Source of the DNA: Candidatus Wukongarchaeum yapensis
GTDB lineage: Archaea; Asgardarchaeota; Wukongarchaeia; Wukongarchaeales; Wukongarchaeaceae
Direction: 5' to 3'
DNA: 14,821 nt
Assembly: GCA_016840425.1 (NCBI GenBank)
Contig: JAEOSI010000031.1
Coordinates: 1-14,821, forward strand
The translations under genes and the position numbers were made by a program. The notes beneath the pieces were generated by a model, which had not been told where the DNA came from, searched no databases, and was given only the letters and a program-made list of their open reading frames with translations. Positions 1-5,940 of this stretch are shown here, one piece after another (within the stretch, counting starts at the first letter, position 1; the number at the start of each line of letters is the position of its first letter).

Positions 1-1
1 T

Positions 2-475
2 ACAACACCCGCTTTCAAAAGTTTCAATGTGTGGATCACAGGATCACCCATTTTATTAGGAATTGATGTCATCTTCATTACTGGTCCTGTAATAGCTCCA
101 GGGGACACATTGATCGTCTTTTTCTTTACTAGAGCCCTACAAACCAATAACACGTTAATTGGTTTGTTCTTAAACGTGACATTAATGGATAATGAAGGTG
201 TAGAATTCTATAAGACAAATGCTTTAGGTCACTCCGGTCGTTGGTATCAAATCGTGTTAGATATCAGTCCTAATGCAAAAGAAGGCAATTATATCCTCCT
301 TGTTTATAGGCAGAGCGACGGATCTTTTATGGGCGAAATACCTTTCGAAGTAAGAATACCTGAAGTCGTAAAAGAGGGCAGATCTTTGGAGTTTTATGTG
401 CTTATTTCCGTGATAATCTTGGAGCTACTCCTAGTCCTTTTAACTCTTTATGTACGTCATAAAAAGAAACCTTAA
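2..475 (+). CDS. 5'-truncated membrane-anchored surface protein: Ig/MG2-like beta domain plus C-terminal TM helix and basic stop-transfer tail
   Basis: The frame is open from position 2 (TTPAFKSFNVWITG...), so the GTG at 29 is probably not the real start. Beta-strand-like pattern (GDTLIVF..VTLMDNEG..GNYILLVY..IPFEV), then hydrophobic FYVLISVIILELLLVLLTLYV followed by RHKKKP. Confidence 0.75.
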   Translation, partial: TTPAFKSFNVWITGSPILLGIDVIFITGPVIAPGDTLIVFFFTRALQTNNTLIGLFLNVTLMDNEGVEFYKTNALGHSGRWYQIVLDISPNAKEGNYILLVYRQSDGSFMGEIPFEVRIPEVVKEGRSLEFYVLISVIILELLLVLLTLYVRHKKKP

Positions 476-1725
476 ACTGTATTCATAATCTCTTCATTTT
501 TTTCTCTACTTTTCTTTATTCGAATTTTGTAGATTAGGAGGGAGATAATTGCTCCAAAAATTATGGTAGTGATTATTAAAAGCAGAGTATTTTCATAAAA
601 TTCTAGGTTTAAAGTCTCTTGGTTATCTTCTTCATTTATTTCGGTGATCTTGTTTTGTGGATCAATTATTACAGTGATTTTTTTAATGTAGATATTTTCA
701 ATTCCTAGGTCTACTTTAACTTCTATGCTTTTGTTTACTTCAGGTGCGTCTATAATATCAATTAGAAAAATTTCATCTTCTATTAGGACATGTATATCTA
801 TTTTGTGTTCGTATGAAATCTCTCCTAAATTCCAAACTTCGAAGGTTAACTTTGAATTTAACCAGTTTAAAGAGAGGTTTTTTAAGGCAAAGTTTGGATG
901 AACACTTTCTACGATTTCTAAGGATAGTTCCTCTGTGTAATTGTCAAAAATTTGCGGTATTTGCGGGGTTTCAGCATTCTCTGTAGTGTACTCTACCGTG
1001 CTTTTTTTTGCTTTTTGGAAAACTTCTTCCAAAGATGTGGTTCTATCTTGATTTAAATCCGTTTCATCGTCATAAAATGCTTCAAATAAAAAGTAAGAAA
1101 AAACACCGTTTTGAAAGCCCGAATCTTCGTAAGCAAAACCGTTTTTCTCCGATGAAGCTAGAACTATAGAATTACCAAGATCCCTTAAGTCATCTCCCTC
1201 ACTAAATAAACTTTCAGCATAACACATATCGACAAAAATAGCTCTAGCTGAAACATTTAAATTCAACATATTGCTCAACCCTTTATCAGAAAGCGAAGAA
1301 TTGTATAAAACCAAGTTGTCTCTTGATCCATGGCCACTAAACCAAAAAACTAAAAGATCATCAGGAGCAGCGGATTCATTTACTTCTTGAAAAACATTTT
1401 TCAAATTTTTTAGAGTGGCGTCTGAATTTATTAAAAGGTGAATATTGCTTTCCTTAAAACCATATTTTCCTAAAAGTAGTTCTTTAAATTCTTGCGCATC
1501 ATCATCACAAAATTCAAGATCTTTACTTGATCCTTGGTAATCTGAAATCCCCACAATCACAGCATACCCGTCACTAAAAGAAGAAGTTTTTTCGTTAACA
1601 ATTAGTGGTTCAAAAGATGAGAAACTTTCCTCAGAGCTAGGCCTTGAAACTGTTTTATAAACTGTAAAACTGCAAATAATAATAGCTAAAATGATGAAAG
1701 AGTAAAACTTTTTTTTACTATTCAA
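472..1725 (-). CDS. Membrane-anchored caspase-like (peptidase C14, meta/orthocaspase-type) protease with CARDB/Ig-like domain
   Basis: C14 motifs AVIVGISDY, DDDA, FWFSGHG (His, nt 1330-1332) and FVDMC (Cys, nt 1222-1224), with a PQI core end. CARDB-like motif IIDPQNKITEINEEDN. N-terminal hydrophobic signal/anchor and C-terminal TM helix followed by basic residues. Confidence 0.88.
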   Translation of the reverse strand: MNSKKKFYSFIILAIIICSFTVYKTVSRPSSEESFSSFEPLIVNEKTSSFSDGYAVIVGISDYQGSSKDLEFCDDDAQEFKELLLGKYGFKESNIHLLINSDATLKNLKNVFQEVNESAAPDDLLVFWFSGHGSRDNLVLYNSSLSDKGLSNMLNLNVSARAIFVDMCYAESLFSEGDDLRDLGNSIVLASSEKNGFAYEDSGFQNGVFSYFLFEAFYDDETDLNQDRTTSLEEVFQKAKKSTVEYTTENAETPQIPQIFDNYTEELSLEIVESVHPNFALKNLSLNWLNSKLTFEVWNLGEISYEHKIDIHVLIEDEIFLIDIIDAPEVNKSIEVKVDLGIENIYIKKITVIIDPQNKITEINEEDNQETLNLEFYENTLLLIITTIIFGAIISLLIYKIRIKKSREKNEEIMNTV

Positions 1726-1830
1726 GTTATTTTTACACTCCCAAACTAATTTAAAAACATTTTAAAATATTTAGAATCTGACTATTAAAAGTTACCAAAC
1801 GAAAAAGACAGGAAAACATCTAACAAAAGA

Positions 1831-1966
1831 ATGGGCGTCTGTAAACACGCTTCAAGCTCTCCGTTCCCATAGCGGAATAAGTCTTATAGACTACTTCTGT
1901 GAGCCTTAAAGACCTATAAAGTGAGTAAATGCAAGAAATCCCTTGCGGAGGCTAGAGCTAGCTCAC
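1831..1966. other. GC-enriched intergenic island with several short inverted repeats; candidate ncRNA or mobile-element end remnant
   Basis: 62/136 nt are G+C (~46%), against very AT-rich flanking intergenic DNA at 1726-1830. Stems ATGGG/CCCAT, GCGT/ACGC, AGTCT-TAT-AGACT, GCAAG/CTTGC, GTGAG/CTCAC and GCTAG-AG-CTAGC. No ORF longer than a few codons was found. Confidence 0.3.
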
Positions 1967-2430
1967 CTTACGAGAAAACTGTTAATTATTTCTTTTCCTT
2001 CATGATCGATTTTTAAATCTCTGTTTTGTAATCCAAATCCCTTTTCTTCCCTCTCTTCAATATCTTTTTTCTCCATTAATTCACTTGTTCTTTTTTCTTT
2101 TTCAAATCTTATAGTTGGTGGTGTGACGAGGATAAACTGATCTCCCATTTGGACAATTTGACCACCATGAACGTTTAAAAGCGCTTTAATTTGCTGGGTT
2201 AGCCTCTTCAAATTTATCGGGTTAGTATACAAAATCGCTTTAATGCTCAAAATAACAGTATTACCGCTCAAAATTTCGTTTTTAATCCGCTCAATATCTG
2301 AGAGCCTCTCAAGAGGAAAGGCTTTAATCCTTGCTATTACGTCTTTTTCAACATCAAAAAACTCTAAATCTGGCAGTAACATGTTTGAATTATTCCGTTT
2401 TTTCCGGTTCCATAACCGCCCAAAAACCAT
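1963..2430 (-). CDS. sepF: Archaeal-type cell division protein SepF (FtsZ membrane anchor) with C-terminal extension
   Basis: Core pattern IERIKNEILSGNTVILSI...GGQIVQMGDQFILVTPPTIRF matches archaeal SepF (DUF552-like). N-terminal amphipathic MVFGRLWNRKK. ATG at 2430 with a GGGGT SD-like sequence upstream. Confidence 0.85.
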   Translation of the reverse strand: MVFGRLWNRKKRNNSNMLLPDLEFFDVEKDVIARIKAFPLERLSDIERIKNEILSGNTVILSIKAILYTNPINLKRLTQQIKALLNVHGGQIVQMGDQFILVTPPTIRFEKEKRTSELMEKKDIEEREEKGFGLQNRDLKIDHEGKEIINSFLVR

Positions 2431-2611
2431 CAAGATACCCCGCTTAAAAAACCTGTAATTTATTCTTTGTTAAATAATAATCAGTTTAAAGGAATTTACG
2501 CGATACAAAAATAAGAGAAAAAAATTCGATTTAAAATAAGAGACTACCAAAATATTTTGGTGATGATATCTTCAAATCAACAAGTTTTCAAATTTTTTCA
2601 ATAGCTTGTGG

Positions 2612-3646
2612 TCATCTGACAATTTTTCTTAGGATAGGCACTCTCAAATAACCTTTTTTAGTTAAGTCTAACACGTCTACGTTAAATTTTATGTTTATGT
2701 TGTTTGGGCTTTTAAAAAGGATGGTTTCTGCTACTGGTAAGTTTTTTATTTTTATAACATTCTCTGCCGCTGTTGCTGAAACCCTTACGTGAGTATCTGG
2801 TTTTAATGATCGACCTTCAACTATTCTCGCAGAATTCCCTATCCCTTTTTTCTCGATATAAAACTGTGTATCTTGACATATAAAACTGCATATCGTATCC
2901 TCAAGGCCTTTAGTAGCCTCAACAACCTCATCATTTCCCAAAAAAACCTTCTCAAACCATTTCATGAAACGTTCACCCAACGGTAATCCCGCAAAGTCTT
3001 CCTCTTCCACTCCCTCTTCCACGATCACTTCTTCTTCTTCTTCTTCCTCTTCCTTCTTTATCCTTAAAATTTCCTCCCTTTCCCCCTCAACTTTTTTCAA
3101 GTATTCTTCTATTTCAATTATTTCTGACAGCTCAATAACTTCCTCAGGACCGATTATGCCAGCTTCAGCTTCCTCTAGTCCCTCTTCAACTTCTATTTCT
3201 TTTTCAACCATAATCTGACTAATTTCCCTCTCGGCCTCCTCAGCTTCTATAACCATCCCTGCCCCTTGATCTATCCCACCTAAACTTTCCTCAACTTCTC
3301 CCTCAATTTCTACTTCAAGGGAAACCTCAGGGGCAAGAGGAGGGATAGAAACTCCTTCTTCCTCGGACACAATTTCTCCCTCTTCTTCTTTTTGCTCTAT
3401 AGGCTGTAATGGTGCTTCCTCTTTTTTTTCTACAATTATTTCTTCCTCTTCCTTGATCACGATTAATGGCATTTCTGTTTCTTTTCTCTCTTCTATTACT
3501 TTTGGAAGTTTTTCAATTATTTTCTCTTCCACCGCTGTTTCTTGCCCTTTCTCTTCTTCCACCTCTTCTTTTTCTTTTATTTCAATCTCTGGGCCTTCTT
3601 CTTTTTTTCCTATAATTTTTTTCTTTATTTTTTTGAGGATTCCCAT
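2612..3646 (-). CDS. Glu-rich low-complexity protein with N-terminal basic amphipathic helix and C-terminal SCP2-like (lipid-binding) domain
   Basis: Likely start is ATG at 3646 (MGILKKIKKKIIGKK). About 37% Glu over ~210 aa. The last ~120 aa are globular, with FYIE..G..ARIVEG....PDTHVRVS resembling the sterol carrier protein 2 fold pattern (recognised by eye). Confidence 0.65.
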   Translation of the reverse strand: MGILKKIKKKIIGKKEEGPEIEIKEKEEVEEEKGQETAVEEKIIEKLPKVIEERKETEMPLIVIKEEEEIIVEKKEEAPLQPIEQKEEEGEIVSEEEGVSIPPLAPEVSLEVEIEGEVEESLGGIDQGAGMVIEAEEAEREISQIMVEKEIEVEEGLEEAEAGIIGPEEVIELSEIIEIEEYLKKVEGEREEILRIKKEEEEEEEEVIVEEGVEEEDFAGLPLGERFMKWFEKVFLGNDEVVEATKGLEDTICSFICQDTQFYIEKKGIGNSARIVEGRSLKPDTHVRVSATAAENVIKIKNLPVAETILFKSPNNINIKFNVDVLDLTKKGYLRVPILRKIVR

Positions 3647-3777
3647 TAAAACTTCCCCACACAAAAAAGGATTTCATACGACTTTAAAAAAGCCAAAATA
3701 ATATATAAGGATCAATAATATTCAATAATATATCTTTTCTTTTTTTGCTTTCTATCTTCGTATTTTTATCCTTTCCG

Positions 3778-5046
3778 CTATGTTTCCTGTTCTTCTTCTT
3801 CCTCTTCTTCTTCGATGAATTTGCCTTCTCCTTTGATTGCCTGTTTTAACAGTTTCGCGATTTCAGGTTCTTTTAACCTAAATTTAATGTATTTCCAAAT
3901 TTTCTTTAATTTCCCGCTTACAAGTTCAATAATGTTGTCCCCTGACAAGTGTTGTGCAAGTTTATCAAGCTGTTCATCTGTCATTACTTCAAGGAGTTTC
4001 CGCATTCTCAACCCGAGGGCAAACTTCTCCTCAAGCTTTTCCCGCCACCCTTTTTCGTAGTCAGCTAGAGCTTCTTCAGATACATCCCCTTTCACCAAAC
4101 ATTTTTGAGCAATCTCGCCTGCAACAGTAGCCGCGGTCATAGAATAGCTTATGCCTCCACCGGTAAGAGGATGAACTTGCCCTGCAGCGTCCCCCACGAG
4201 AATAACACCATTTGTGACTGTTTTCTTAGGAGGTCCGCCTACGGGGATAGCGCCCACTCTAAACTCTATAGGCTTAGCATTTTTACAAATTTTTGTTCCT
4301 ATGGGGTGTTTTTCCATAAAATCGTTTAAGTATTGATAAACGGTTTTTTCACCAAAACCAACTCCAACCCCGATTCCTATATTAGCCCTTGTTTCTCCCT
4401 GAGGAAAAACCCATACATACCCCCTTGGAGCAACTTTTAATCCTGTAAAAAAGTCCATCCAGCGAGGCTCATCAAGCTCCACATTAACCATGTCGTAGCC
4501 TACACTGGTATCCAAATCCTTCCTTCTAATATAACTTCTCAAACCCGTTTCCCTTGCTATGACACTGTTAACTCCGTCTGCACCAATAATAATATTCGCC
4601 CTTATCTCAATTTTTTCCCCCCTAAATCTTCCTAAAACACCCTTAGGGAAACCGTTTTCCCAAATAATATCAGTAACAGACATCCCAAGCCAAGTATTAG
4701 CCCCCAATTCAACGGCTTTTGCGAAAAGTTCCTTATCAAACACTCTCCTATCAACGATGTACCCTTGAGTCTCATCCCTATACCATGTAACAGGTATGTT
4801 ACTTGGCGAATAAACACGAAAACCAGAAATGGTGTTCACTATTGAGTTTTTAGGTATCTCTAACTGTTCAAGTTCTGACTTACTTTTACCGATCGCCTCT
4901 CCACATTGAACAGGGACACCTACATGATTTTTCCTATCAACTATTAACACATTTGCTCCTGCCTTTGCAGCAACAGCAGCAGCAGTTGAACCTGCAGGAC
5001 CACCACCAACAACAACAATATCCACCTTAGTTGGAAAATCCAACAA
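3778..5046 (-). CDS. ggr: Geranylgeranyl reductase family FAD oxidoreductase (digeranylgeranylglycerophospholipid reductase-like)
   Basis: VDIVVVGGGPAGS Rossmann motif, QCGE, IIGADG, GGR signature PRGYVWVFP, and VGDAAGQVHPLTGGGI. TTG start with GGAGGT SD at 5052-5057. Poly-Glu C-terminal tail. Confidence 0.93.
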   Translation of the reverse strand: MLDFPTKVDIVVVGGGPAGSTAAAVAAKAGANVLIVDRKNHVGVPVQCGEAIGKSKSELEQLEIPKNSIVNTISGFRVYSPSNIPVTWYRDETQGYIVDRRVFDKELFAKAVELGANTWLGMSVTDIIWENGFPKGVLGRFRGEKIEIRANIIIGADGVNSVIARETGLRSYIRRKDLDTSVGYDMVNVELDEPRWMDFFTGLKVAPRGYVWVFPQGETRANIGIGVGVGFGEKTVYQYLNDFMEKHPIGTKICKNAKPIEFRVGAIPVGGPPKKTVTNGVILVGDAAGQVHPLTGGGISYSMTAATVAGEIAQKCLVKGDVSEEALADYEKGWREKLEEKFALGLRMRKLLEVMTDEQLDKLAQHLSGDNIIELVSGKLKKIWKYIKFRLKEPEIAKLLKQAIKGEGKFIEEEEEEEEQET

Positions 5047-5311
5047 TCATAACCTCCATAAAAATATAAAACCATATTAGCATTCCATATTAAAAGCCTT
5101 AATCAAAAACTTTTTTAGATTTTGATCCTATGAAGATAAAAGTTAGGGTGTCTTTTATAAAAGTTAAAGTTAAAAGTTAGAATATCCACCTTAGTTGGAA
5201 AATCCAACAATCATAACCTCCATAAAAATATAAAACCATATTAGCATTCCATATTAAAAGCCTTAATCAAAAACCTTTTTAGATTTTGATCCTATGAAGA
5301 TAAAAGTTAGG
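5017..5311 (+). repeat. Tandem direct duplication with 164-bp period: 131-bp copies at 5017-5147 and 5181-5311
   Basis: Base-by-base comparison shows one mismatch in 131 bp (5111 T vs 5275 C). Imperfect similarity continues ~12 nt further. The spacer is built from AAAGTT micro-repeats. Confidence 0.97.
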
Positions 5312-5322
5312 ATGTCTCTATA

Positions 5323-5514
5323 ATGGCTCGAGTAATAATAAACCAAGAGATATGCGGACGATGTTTTGGTTGTGCTACCCTTTGCAAAAAGGGTCATCTT
5401 AAAGTTACCTCCTACGGTTCATTAGAATTCGTTAACCCCCCGTGTAGTGGGTGTAGGCTCTGCCAAAAAGCTTGTCCTGTAGCAGCAATTACAGTCATAG
5501 AAAACAAGCAATAA
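5323..5514 (+). CDS. 2[4Fe-4S] ferredoxin
   Basis: Two cluster motifs, CGRCFGCATLC and CSGCRLCQKACP, in 63 aa. Divergent from ggr. Confidence 0.93.
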   Translation: MARVIINQEICGRCFGCATLCKKGHLKVTSYGSLEFVNPPCSGCRLCQKACPVAAITVIENKQ

Positions 5515-5644
5515 AAATAAAAATCTCAGAAAAAAGTTAAATAAATCTCAAAAAGCGATATGGCTAATTTTTTTGATGAGTAATAAACCGCAAAGATTTT
5601 AAAGCGTTCATAACCTCGGAATTATTAAGGACATACAAAAACTT

Positions 5645-5651
5645 AGGAGGT
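5645..5651 (+). promoter_or_regulatory. Strong Shine-Dalgarno (AGGAGGT) for the acidic microprotein
   Basis: AGGAGGT lies 8 nt upstream of ATG 5660. Similar SDs precede ggr (5052-5057), the MetE-like gene (7181-7186), top6B (7481-7486) and the Zn-ribbon gene (12161-12165). Confidence 0.8.
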
Positions 5652-5659
5652 TACCTATT

Positions 5660-5878
5660 ATGGCTAAAAAACCAAAAAAGAAAGGTAAAAAAAGAGAAGA
5701 AGAGGAAGGTATACCCTCTCCAGAAGAACACGAGGGCTTAGAATGGTTGCCTGAAGAAGAAGAGGAAGAAGAGGAAGAAGAGGAAGAAGAGGAAGAAGAG
5801 GACTGGGAAGATGAAGAGTGGGCAGAGGAAGAAGAGGACTGGGAAGATGAAGAGTGGGCAGGAGAGGAAGAATGGTAG
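5660..5878 (+). CDS. 72-aa intrinsically disordered microprotein: Lys-rich N-terminus, poly-Glu, Trp-acidic repeats
   Basis: Strong SD, ATG start, TAG stop, and a T-tract downstream. Protein is MAKKPKKKGKKR...E16-(DWEDEEWA)-EEEE-(DWEDEEWA)-GEEEW. Confidence 0.82.
   Translation: MAKKPKKKGKKREEEEGIPSPEEHEGLEWLPEEEEEEEEEEEEEEEEDWEDEEWAEEEEDWEDEEWAGEEEW
5756..5860 (+). repeat. In-frame coding tandem repeats: (GAAGAAGAG)x5 at 5756-5800 and an exact 36-bp duplication at 5789-5824 / 5825-5860
   Basis: Read directly from sequence. The 36-bp unit encodes EEEEDWEDEEWA. Confidence 0.95.
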
Positions 5879-5883
5879 ACTGA

Positions 5884-5910
5884 TTTTTCAAAAAAAAACC
5901 TTTATTTTTT
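5884..5910. terminator. Probable bidirectional oligo-T terminator between convergent genes
   Basis: T5 (5884-5888) and TTTATTTTTT (5901-5910) on the + strand. A9 (5890-5898) gives a U-tract on the - strand downstream of the MetE-like gene. Confidence 0.5.
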
Positions 5911-5940
5911 GATTTGATTAAAAATAGAGGAGAGGGAAAA

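Noticed and set aside
1831-1966. tRNA, split tRNA, C/D box sRNA or SECIS interpretation of the island
   Set aside because: No cloverleaf with D-loop GG and T-loop GTTCRA, no C/D box pair, and no in-frame UGA selenoprotein candidate nearby.
2243-4817. Short overlapping ORFs at 2243, 2964, 3453, 3815, 4105, 4559 and 4632
   Set aside because: Ser/Phe-rich antisense or alternate-frame shadows of purine-rich (Glu/Lys) genes, with no motifs or SD.
5017-5311. Repeat as a CRISPR array or IS target-site duplication
   Set aside because: There are only two 131-bp copies, derived from local gene and promoter sequence, with no spacers, cas genes, transposase or terminal inverted repeats.
5664-5891. Antisense ORF with LPLL/LHLPSP repeats
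   Set aside because: It is the shadow of the GAA/GAG repeat gene on the + strand, which has the strong SD. No independent signals.
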